64,000 nt of DNA, from assembly GCA_963674755.2 (NCBI GenBank), contig CAXXVS010000001.1, forward strand, positions 1 through 64,000. Direction: 5' to 3'. Shown piece by piece: positions 37,797 through 45,768 of this stretch. The notes under the pieces are model-generated. The model saw only the letters and a program-made list of their open reading frames with translations. It searched no databases and was not told where the DNA came from. This DNA comes from Desulfobacterales bacterium (GTDB taxonomy: Bacteria; Desulfobacterota; Desulfobacteria; Desulfobacterales; UBA5852). Numbering within the stretch: position 1 is the stretch's first letter; each line of letters starts with the position of its first letter. The position numbers were made by a program, and so were the translations under genes.

Positions 37797-38798
37797 TCAG
37801 TCCGCCTCCAGGGCGGCCGTGTCTTCCAACCAGGCCGTCAAAAGGTCGAGCTCCCTTTCCGGGACAAGGGCCGCCCGGGCCAGGTTTGCATAGACGGTAA
37901 AGAGATTGTCGCTGATGGAGGCCTCCGTCCGAACGTCTTCCTGCACCAAAGACATGATGCGTTCCGCTTCCATATAGAGGGGCAATTCGGAAGCAAAGTC
38001 GGCCTGCAAAACATGGGCATTGCGCGCCTGCCGGACGGTGGGGCCGGAAAAGCCCAGGTGATAGCCGGCGGCCCACAGGATGGGTTGGGCCACATAGCCC
38101 CGCAGGATGTCCGTGACCCGGAAATTCACATGGGCCGGCAGGTACATCAGGGGCAGCAGTTCCCGCCGGAAGGCGGTGTTTTGAGAGTTGAAGGGGGAGA
38201 AGGTGCCCGGCGGGAGCACCACCGGATCCCGCCGGGCAAACCGGCAGGGCCGGTTGACGGTGAGCCGGTAGATGGCGTCCACGTCCGGGTCGTCGTCGGC
38301 CAGGGCCTGCCAGATACCGATGCGCACCGGTTGGGCCGTCAAGGCCGCCGGGTCGATGGCGGATTCCGGGGCCGTGATGCGGGTCAACGGGAACCCCCGG
38401 GGCCAGATCGACTGACGGGTGAAAAGGCTGTAAATATTGACCGCCTCGCATCCGGCCGGAATCTGGGCATAGACGCCGTTGAATTCAGGAAAGGTCCAAG
38501 CCCCCTCCGGCAGGTTGTCGTCGTCGCTTTCGGCGACCAACGGCGTACCTTCCCGGGCGGCCAGCAGATAGCCGATCATCTTGCGGGCGTAATGGTTCCA
38601 GGGCAGTTCCGGGATGATCCGGAAGCCGAGGGTTTCCTGTTGGGCCGTGGAAACGAAGCGCACCCCGGGGCAGTGCCAGTCCCGGGGGGTTTTTAAATCG
38701 CCCACCACGAGCACGTCCCAGTCTTCCAGGGCCGCAAATTGCCTCACGGCCGGCGTGGGCGGATGGATGGATGTCAACACTACGGTGTTCTTCATCAT
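37797..38798 (-). CDS. STELLO/DUF288-like (GT75/RGP-related) putative glycosyltransferase
   Basis: VLTSIHPPT...WDVLVVGDLKTP.DW...LPWNHYARKMIGYL.A...ESDDDN, IWPRGFPL, DPDVDAIYRL, PFNSQNT and FRVTDILRGY. Confidence 0.78.
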   Translation of the reverse strand: MMKNTVVLTSIHPPTPAVRQFAALEDWDVLVVGDLKTPRDWHCPGVRFVSTAQQETLGFRIIPELPWNHYARKMIGYLLAAREGTPLVAESDDDNLPEGAWTFPEFNGVYAQIPAGCEAVNIYSLFTRQSIWPRGFPLTRITAPESAIDPAALTAQPVRIGIWQALADDDPDVDAIYRLTVNRPCRFARRDPVVLPPGTFSPFNSQNTAFRRELLPLMYLPAHVNFRVTDILRGYVAQPILWAAGYHLGFSGPTVRQARNAHVLQADFASELPLYMEAERIMSLVQEDVRTEASISDNLFTVYANLARAALVPERELDLLTAWLEDTAALEAD

Positions 38799-39574
38799 GG
38801 GATCAGGTCCCGCATATCCACGACGGTCAGGCGCGGATGCTGGCTCAGGATTTCCAGCAAGCGCTCCAGAAAAGCGAAGGCGGCCGCGTTCATGCGCTGA
38901 TGGTGAATCATGATGCCGCACCTGGGTCGGCTCAAGCCCTGGGTGAGGGCTTCTTTCAATCGCTGCCAGCCCACGGCGGCGGGGGCCCGGTCGGTATGCA
39001 AATCGACGCTGACCGGAAGATCAGGAAGCCCCGGCGGTGCGGGGGGGCGGCTGCCCCGGCTGCGTGAAACCGCCTTATAGCCCATTTCCTCCAATAGCGC
39101 CAAGGTGGTTTCCGAACAGCGGTTCCAGGGGGGCGTGAACAGAGGGGTCAGGCGCGTTCCCATAATGGCCGCCAGACGCTCCCGGCCGTGGGTGAGGTCG
39201 CGGGCCAGGATCTCGCGGGACCGGGACGGGCCGAATTCCTGCTTTTTCCCCTCGGATTCGTGATTCCGGTGGCGCCATCCGTGCTGGTGCCAGCACCAAC
39301 GGTCCGGCCGGTCGCCGCCCATGGCGCACAGGGCCTGCCAGCGCGGTGCCGTCAGCCAGGCGGGCACCACCGCCAGGGCCAGCGGCAGGGCGTGACGATT
39401 GAAGAGCTCCAGCAGGCGCGCTATCTGCCGGCCGGGAACGGCCACATCGTCGGCGCGGAAAAAGACGGCCGTGGACGCCGGGTGCGGCTGATCGGCTTCC
39501 TGGCAGCAGGCTGTCAGTTGAAGCGTCCAGTCGGGGGGCAACCCCTGCCACAGCGCCGCGGGAGCCTGCTTCAC
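38795..39574 (-). CDS. Polysaccharide deacetylase (NodB/CE4-like)
   Basis: FFRADD, HQHGWRH, FTPPWN and IMIHH motifs. GTG start overlaps the upstream TGA, RBS GGAGGTG. Confidence 0.82.
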   Translation of the reverse strand: MKQAPAALWQGLPPDWTLQLTACCQEADQPHPASTAVFFRADDVAVPGRQIARLLELFNRHALPLALAVVPAWLTAPRWQALCAMGGDRPDRWCWHQHGWRHRNHESEGKKQEFGPSRSREILARDLTHGRERLAAIMGTRLTPLFTPPWNRCSETTLALLEEMGYKAVSRSRGSRPPAPPGLPDLPVSVDLHTDRAPAAVGWQRLKEALTQGLSRPRCGIMIHHQRMNAAAFAFLERLLEILSQHPRLTVVDMRDLIP

Positions 39575-40743
39575 GACGCACCTCCGGTCGAGGTGGGACG
39601 GGTGATCCAGCGGGCGGTGTTGGCCGCCCCGCGGATGTCGACCGCGGATACGCCGCCCGCATGAGAAGACGCGAGACATTTTTGCAGCCGGTCGGCCAAA
39701 CGGGCCGGCGCGAAGTCCTGGTCTTCAATAATACCTAACAGGCCCCGCTCGGCCAGAAGCCGCGCCCGCAGGCTCTGTTCGCGATTTTGGGCAAAGGGAT
39801 GGACCAGGGCAGGGACCCCGGTGGCCAGAATCGCCATGCAGGTATTGTAACCGGCCATGCTGATGGAAAGATCCGCCGCCTGCAGCCAGGCCGGAAGATC
39901 CGCCGTAAAACGGTCGATGGCGGTCCGCTGATCGCATCGCCGGCGGAGCTGTTCGACCTCCGCTTCCGCCATGAAAGGTCCGGTAAAGACCTGCACCCGC
40001 AGGGACCGGTCTTGCGGCACATGCCGGACCGCCCGGGTGACGGCGTCCAGCAGGGGATAGCCCACCGCCCCGCTGCCGGCGCTGACCACCACGAGGGCAT
40101 GGTCGGAGTTAAAGCCCAGGGCACGTTTCCCGGCCCGGCGGTCCCCGGCCGGCGCGACCGGCGGTGCCACGAAACCGGTATAAACGACCGGAATGCGGAT
40201 GTCGGCCATACGACTGAAGGTGGCGTCCAGCCGGATAACGGCGGGGTCGGCATGGACCAGCAGGGCATCGAACCAGCGGTTGAGCGTCGCCAGGGCGCGG
40301 GCTTCGTGGCGGGCCTGGTCCGTCTTCTCGACGAGGATGTCGCGGACGCTGCAGACCACCTGGCAAGACGGCAGGCGGCCGTTGCGGATGCCCTCCAAGA
40401 GAGGATCCAGCTCCGCCCGGAAAGCCTTGCGGCCCAGGGGGTAGAGTTCGACCAGGAAGAGGTCCGGTTTTTCCTCGGTCAGCACCTGTTCCATAACGAT
40501 CCGCCGCTGCTCCCGGGTTTGGGCCACCGAAAAGGCGCCGCCGGCGTGCAGGTTTTGAAAGGTCGCGTCCATGGCAAGCTCCGGCAGCTGCACGCGCTTC
40601 ACATTCGGTGGCAGCATGGCCGGGGTTTCCGGACCGCCGGAGATCAGAACCACGGGGTCCGGATCCAGCGCCCGACAGATTTCCAGGGTCCGGAAGAAAT
40701 GCCCGATCCCGAGGACATGCTGGCAATAGATGGCGGTCTTCAT
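39571..40743 (-). CDS. GT-B glycosyltransferase with GT28-C-like domain (COG4671-like)
   Basis: YCQHVLGIGHFFR, CSVRDIL, SAGSGAVG, SMAGYNT and EQSLRA. Confidence 0.85.
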   Translation of the reverse strand: MKTAIYCQHVLGIGHFFRTLEICRALDPDPVVLISGGPETPAMLPPNVKRVQLPELAMDATFQNLHAGGAFSVAQTREQRRIVMEQVLTEEKPDLFLVELYPLGRKAFRAELDPLLEGIRNGRLPSCQVVCSVRDILVEKTDQARHEARALATLNRWFDALLVHADPAVIRLDATFSRMADIRIPVVYTGFVAPPVAPAGDRRAGKRALGFNSDHALVVVSAGSGAVGYPLLDAVTRAVRHVPQDRSLRVQVFTGPFMAEAEVEQLRRRCDQRTAIDRFTADLPAWLQAADLSISMAGYNTCMAILATGVPALVHPFAQNREQSLRARLLAERGLLGIIEDQDFAPARLADRLQKCLASSHAGGVSAVDIRGAANTARWITRPTSTGGAS

Positions 40744-41465
40744 TTAAGGCGCGCCCCCTCGGCCGCCGGCCGGGGTTCGAGGGCCAATGCGTTCATGTGT
40801 TCCAGCTCCAGGTCGTTGTCCCGCAAGACCAAGCGATGCAGGCAATAGGGCGCCATGCGTTCCACCGGCAGGCCGCAGTTTCGAAGGATGGCCAGGTGGT
40901 AGACAAGGCCTTTCATGAGGCCTTCATGGGTCACCACCAGCAGGCGCTGCCGGGGCCACTTCCGGCCCGCTTTCAGCAGCGCCCTGCGGGCCCGCGACAA
41001 GACATCGAGGTGCGATTCACCCCCGGGCGGGCAAAAGGACCAGCCGCGGGCCTCTTCCTGATGGAATCGTGCCCGGTGGCGGGTGCGAATGTCATCCATG
41101 GAACAGCCCGTCCAGGCGCCCCAGTCCTGCTCCCGCAAGCGATCATCGCTGCTCAGGGGCAGATGGAGGGTCTGGTTGATGCCGCGGGCCGTGGCGAGCG
41201 CCCGGCCGGTGTCACTGCTGAGCACCTGCTGAAGCGCGAGATCGGCCAGTTGCGGGCCCCAGCCGGTGGCCCACCGCTGGCCCTTTTCGGTCAGGGGCGA
41301 ATCGGCCTGCCCCTGAATGCGTCCGGCCGCGTTCCATTCGGTGGGGGCATGGCGCATGAGATAGAAGATCGTTTTCCGGTGTCGGGCCTGCGTCGCGTGC
41401 ATGGGGTTTCCGTTTTGGAGGTGTTCGTACAGGGCCGCCGATGGTGATACAGCGGTTGGCGTCAT
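40740..41465 (-). CDS. Histidine phosphatase (phosphoglycerate mutase superfamily)
   Basis: MRHAPTEWN, SSDTGRA, LREQDWGAWTG, PGGES and VTHEG. ATGA overlap with the upstream gene. Alternative start 41402. Confidence 0.88.
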   Translation of the reverse strand: MTPTAVSPSAALYEHLQNGNPMHATQARHRKTIFYLMRHAPTEWNAAGRIQGQADSPLTEKGQRWATGWGPQLADLALQQVLSSDTGRALATARGINQTLHLPLSSDDRLREQDWGAWTGCSMDDIRTRHRARFHQEEARGWSFCPPGGESHLDVLSRARRALLKAGRKWPRQRLLVVTHEGLMKGLVYHLAILRNCGLPVERMAPYCLHRLVLRDNDLELEHMNALALEPRPAAEGARLK

Positions 41466-42835
41466 TCACGTCGGGCGGCGCGGGCGTAATCCCGAAGGCC
41501 AGCGTGACGGCGAGGCCCGGGGGCGGGACGACAAGCGCCGCGGTTGCGGTGCGGTGAATCCACGACGCCGCCAGCGGCCTGAGCTTTGACAAGCTGGGCG
41601 CGATAGATCTGAATCAACCCCTGGATCAGCTTTACGTTGTCAAAGGCGGTCTGCACCCTGTGCCGACCAGCGTCAATGGCCCGCCGGCGCAGATCGCGAT
41701 CCGTCAGCGCCCGCATCATGGCGGCAGCCATTTGATCGGGGCGGCCGGGTTCCACCAGCAAACCGGTTTCCTCATGGTCGATGATTTCCGGAAGCGCCGA
41801 TATCCGGGTGGCCACCACCGGCACCCCCATGGCCAGGCTTTCCACCAGGACATTGGGGATGCCGTCCCGGTCGCCATTGGCGGCGATTTCACAGCCCAGG
41901 GCAAAGAGATCGGCCTGGCGGTAATGCTCCCGTACCACATTATGGGGCAGGGTGCCGAGCCAACGGGTGCGGTTGGAAAGCCCCAGGGCATTCACCAGCG
42001 CCAGAATTTTTTCGCGATCGTCCCCATCGCCGATCAGGGTGTAGTCGAAGGCCACACCCTTTTGCTTGAGGTGGGCCAGTGCCTTGAGGACGGTGGGCAG
42101 CCCCTTTTTCGGCGTAAGACGCGCGATGGAAAGGATGCGATAGGGTTCCGCCGGCGCCAGACGTGGGTGGGGATTGTCGAACAAGGTCAGATCGATGCCG
42201 TGGTAAAAGCAGTAAATGGGGGTGGCGCAGTCGTGCCCGAGGTTCAGGAGATAGCGGCGGTTGTATTCGGTGCAGGTCGCGACAAAGGCCGCCATGGCGA
42301 GTTTTTCACGCAGCTGCCGCGGATCGGAGGTATAGATATCCTTGGCATGGGCTGTAAAACTGAAGGGTCGGCCACTCAGCAGGCTGCTGAACATGGCGAC
42401 CGATGTGGGCGAATGGGCAAAATGGGCGTGCAGATGAACGATCCGGCTCCGGGCCAGTCCCGCATTGACCAGGTAGCCGGCCTGCAACAGATGCTTGAGG
42501 GTGGCGGATTTGCGCGTCCGGTGAAAACGCCGCAGGGCCAGGCCCAGGGCATGGGCATAGGCGGCGGGACGGCGGGCGGCCAGTTGCCCGTTGTGCCTGA
42601 GAAGCTGGGGCAGCCGCCGGCTGATAATGGTTTCGGGGAGGTAATCCACCCGGGCGCGGATTTCGTTGACGCTGGGGTGGCAAAAGGATTCCCGTGGGCG
42701 GCGCATGGAGAAGATATGGACCCTGATGCCCTGCCGCTCCAGGAGCCGGATTTCATTGGAGATGAAGGTCTCTGAAATACGCGGGTAGCCCTTGAGGACC
42801 AGACCGAGGACCGGTGGATCAGCAGGCGGCGGCAT
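41462..42835 (-). CDS. GT4 glycosyltransferase (WcaL-like)
   Basis: YPRISETFI.NEI, HLHAHFAH, SFTAHAKD, RLTPKKG and DGIPNVLVESLAMG. Confidence 0.9.
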   Translation of the reverse strand: MPPPADPPVLGLVLKGYPRISETFISNEIRLLERQGIRVHIFSMRRPRESFCHPSVNEIRARVDYLPETIISRRLPQLLRHNGQLAARRPAAYAHALGLALRRFHRTRKSATLKHLLQAGYLVNAGLARSRIVHLHAHFAHSPTSVAMFSSLLSGRPFSFTAHAKDIYTSDPRQLREKLAMAAFVATCTEYNRRYLLNLGHDCATPIYCFYHGIDLTLFDNPHPRLAPAEPYRILSIARLTPKKGLPTVLKALAHLKQKGVAFDYTLIGDGDDREKILALVNALGLSNRTRWLGTLPHNVVREHYRQADLFALGCEIAANGDRDGIPNVLVESLAMGVPVVATRISALPEIIDHEETGLLVEPGRPDQMAAAMMRALTDRDLRRRAIDAGRHRVQTAFDNVKLIQGLIQIYRAQLVKAQAAGGVVDSPHRNRGACRPAPGPRRHAGLRDYARAARRE

Positions 42836-44030
42836 TCTCACGGCTCCGGAAGGTCTGAATGCGGCGACGCATGCTGTCGATGCCGGTAAACCGAAAGCGC
42901 GCGAGGGCATCGTAATAGCTCTGGGGGTTTGCCAGAAGATGATCGATTTTGCCGCGCAGGGCATGGGCCGAAAGATCGTTCCAGGGGATATAGTCCACCA
43001 GACCTTGCTTTTTGAAGGCCCGGGCCCGGATCAGCTGCTCGGTGCGCGGTGTTTCCCGGGGAATGACCAGACAGAGCGTGCCTTGGCTGATGACTTCGCA
43101 CAGGGTGTTGTAGCCGCCCATGCTGATCACCAGATCGGCGGCGGCCATCAGTTTTTCCATCCGGCGGTAGAACATGAAGGTCTGCACGCCGGCTTTACGG
43201 GCCCGTTTGAATAGCCCGCCGCGTTCTCCCTTGGGCATAAAAGGGCCCGTGACCAGGACACTTTTGAAACCGTCTGCCAGGGGACGTTCTTCCAGCATGC
43301 TCAGGTAGGTGTCCATCAGGGCGAAACCGTCGCCCCCCCCGCCGGTGGTGACCACGATCAGTTTCTTGTCGGGGTCCACGCCCATTTCACGTCGTATCCT
43401 TTGGGCTTCCCGGTTGCTGGGTGTCTGCCGGGGGATGTAGCCGGTGAAGAGCATTTTACGACTGACGGGCTCCGGGATACCGTATTCGATGATGGGATCG
43501 TAGAAGTCCTGATTGCCGTAGATCCAGATTTCGCTGTAGAGCTTATCCAGATTTTCAAAGACGTTTTTTTTCCACCAGTCGCGGCGTACCGTTTCGGCAT
43601 CATCCATGATATCCCGCAGGCCTAGGATGGTGCGGGCATGGGGCAGGCAGCGCCGTATCCAGCGCAGGGTGGGCAGGACTTCCTTTTTCAGCCCGAGGGG
43701 TTCCTTGTCGACGATAAAAAGGTGGGGCTGAAAGGTTTTGGCGGTGGCCGTGATGATGTTTTTCCGAATATCGAGGGCGTGCCGGGGATTTATCTTGATG
43801 GAGAGCGGCCGATATTCTTCGTTGGTTTTCTTGATCATGCCCGGAATACGGACGAAGTCGATCTGCTCCGGGAAGCTAAACCGTCCCGCAATGGGCGAAC
43901 CGGTCAAAATCAGGATATTGATCCCGTCGCTGCACAACTGGGAGGCAATGGCCATGGTCCTCCGGATGTGCCCCAGGCCATAGGTGTCGTGGGAATACAT
44001 CAGAATGTTGAAGGTGCCGTTTTGCGCCAT
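42819..44030 (-). CDS. GT-B glycosyltransferase with GT28-C-like domain (COG4671-like), paralog of 39571-40743
   Basis: YSHDTYGLGHIRR, LGLRDIMD, TTGGGGDG, SMGGYNT and EQLIRA. Confidence 0.86.
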   Translation of the reverse strand: MAQNGTFNILMYSHDTYGLGHIRRTMAIASQLCSDGINILILTGSPIAGRFSFPEQIDFVRIPGMIKKTNEEYRPLSIKINPRHALDIRKNIITATAKTFQPHLFIVDKEPLGLKKEVLPTLRWIRRCLPHARTILGLRDIMDDAETVRRDWWKKNVFENLDKLYSEIWIYGNQDFYDPIIEYGIPEPVSRKMLFTGYIPRQTPSNREAQRIRREMGVDPDKKLIVVTTGGGGDGFALMDTYLSMLEERPLADGFKSVLVTGPFMPKGERGGLFKRARKAGVQTFMFYRRMEKLMAAADLVISMGGYNTLCEVISQGTLCLVIPRETPRTEQLIRARAFKKQGLVDYIPWNDLSAHALRGKIDHLLANPQSYYDALARFRFTGIDSMRRRIQTFRSRENAAAC

Positions 44031-44185
44031 GCCACCGACCATCGGGATCCCCGGGATTTGGAATGCTGCAAACAATTTCGGAGATCGCATCCCGGGTCAG
44101 GCGCTTCTCCGATGGGGTTTTTATTACCTGAAATGACAATGCATAGCAAGTATGAGATTGGACGGGCCCAATCATGCAAAACGCC

Positions 44186-44214
44186 TTGACGGTCCGCGGC
44201 AGTTGTTTCATTAT
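44186..44214 (+). promoter_or_regulatory. Candidate sigma70 promoter for gatB
   Basis: TTGACG-17 bp-CATTAT, about 95 bp upstream of the start codon. Confidence 0.45.
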
Positions 44215-44309
44215 ACCGCATTCCGGTTGCGGCTTGTCGGCCCTTTTCGCAGACGGCCCTTCGGGCGTTCACGATTGAATGGCAATTGTTACAGCAAGGA
44301 AACCACATC

Positions 44310-45746
44310 ATGGAATTCGAGCCGGTCATCGGGCTGGAAGTACACGCCCAGCTGAAAACCCAATCCAAGATTTTCTGCGGCTGTTCCACGGCTTTCGGGG
44401 CACCGCCCAACACTCACGTTTGTCCGGTCTGTCTGGGCATGCCGGGGGTGCTGCCGGTGCTCAACCGGGAGGTGTTGGCCTTCAGCCTGCGGATGGCCCT
44501 GGCCACCGGATGCCGCGTTAACCGGGAAAGCCGCTTCGCCCGCAAAAACTATTTCTACCCGGATTTGCCCAAAGGCTACCAGATCTCCCAGTACGAGCTG
44601 CCGGTGGCTGAACACGGGGAAATCCATATCGCCACCGAGGACGGCCGCACACGGCGGATCGGCATCACCCGTATTCACATGGAAGAAGATGCCGGCAAGC
44701 TCGTACACGATCCCGACCGGCCGGTGAGCCGGGTGGATTTGAACCGCACCGGCGTCCCTTTGATCGAAATCGTCAGCGAACCCGACCTGCGGACCCCCGA
44801 AGAAGCCGGCGCATACCTGCGCAAGCTGCGGGCCATTGTCCGCTACCTGGATATCTGCGACGGCAATCTGGAGGAGGGCAGTTTCCGCTGCGATGCCAAT
44901 ATCTCCATCCGGCCGGCCGGCACCGAACCGCTGGGCACGCGCACCGAGCTCAAAAACCTCAACTCCTTTCGCAACGTGGAAAAATCCATCGCCTATGAAA
45001 TCCAGCGCCAGAAGGAGTTGATCGCCGACGGCGGGGCCGTGGTCCAGGAAACCCGGTTGTGGGATCCCGAGCGCAGCCGCACCAGTGCCATGCGGGGCAA
45101 GGAAGAGGCCCACGACTACCGCTATTTCCCGGACCCCGATCTGCTGCCGGTGGTGGTGGACGAAGACTGGCTGGCATCCATCCGGCGGGATCTGCCTGAG
45201 CTGCCGGACGCCCGTCAGCAGCGGTTTTGCGCGCAGTACGGGTTATCGGATTATGACGCTGCCCGCCTGGCGGCGGAACGCGGTCTGGGGGATTACTTTG
45301 AAGCCTGTCTCGCCCATGCTCCGGCCGCCAAACCGGCGGCCAACTGGATTCTGGGAGAGCTTGCCGCCCGGTTGAACGCGGACAACCGGTCCATCGAACA
45401 ATCCCCGGTATCTCCCGAACATTTGGGCCGGCTGCTGACCCTGATCGCGGAAGACGTCATTTCCGGCAAGATTGCCAAAACCGTATTTGACGATATGGTC
45501 GCCAGTGGCCGTGGCCCCGAGGCCGTCGTCAAAGCCCGGGGCCTGGAGCAGGTCTCGGACACGGCCGAACTGGAAACCGTGGTGGCCCAGGTGCTGGCCG
45601 AGGCCCCCGACGAAGTGGCCGCCTACCGCCAGGGCAAAAAGAAATTGATGGGATTTTTCGTGGGGCAGGTCATGAAGGCGACTCGCGGTCAGGCCAACCC
45701 GCGCAAGGTCAATGAAATTCTCGCGGAAAAATTGCGTCTGGAATAG
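44310..45746 (+). CDS. gatB: Asp/Glu-tRNA amidotransferase subunit B
   Basis: [43 protein letters not shown] and YRYFPDPDL. Confidence 0.97.
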   Translation: MEFEPVIGLEVHAQLKTQSKIFCGCSTAFGAPPNTHVCPVCLGMPGVLPVLNREVLAFSLRMALATGCRVNRESRFARKNYFYPDLPKGYQISQYELPVAEHGEIHIATEDGRTRRIGITRIHMEEDAGKLVHDPDRPVSRVDLNRTGVPLIEIVSEPDLRTPEEAGAYLRKLRAIVRYLDICDGNLEEGSFRCDANISIRPAGTEPLGTRTELKNLNSFRNVEKSIAYEIQRQKELIADGGAVVQETRLWDPERSRTSAMRGKEEAHDYRYFPDPDLLPVVVDEDWLASIRRDLPELPDARQQRFCAQYGLSDYDAARLAAERGLGDYFEACLAHAPAAKPAANWILGELAARLNADNRSIEQSPVSPEHLGRLLTLIAEDVISGKIAKTVFDDMVASGRGPEAVVKARGLEQVSDTAELETVVAQVLAEAPDEVAAYRQGKKKLMGFFVGQVMKATRGQANPRKVNEILAEKLRLE

Positions 45747-45768
45747 CGGTTGGGATGAGCGGCCCGAT

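Noticed and set aside
23613..44030. Interpretation as a PQQ, classical RiPP, or O-antigen/capsule locus
   Set aside because: No pqqA/B/C/E, radical SAM or YcaO genes, and no flippase, polymerase, chain-length, priming transferase or nucleotide-sugar genes.
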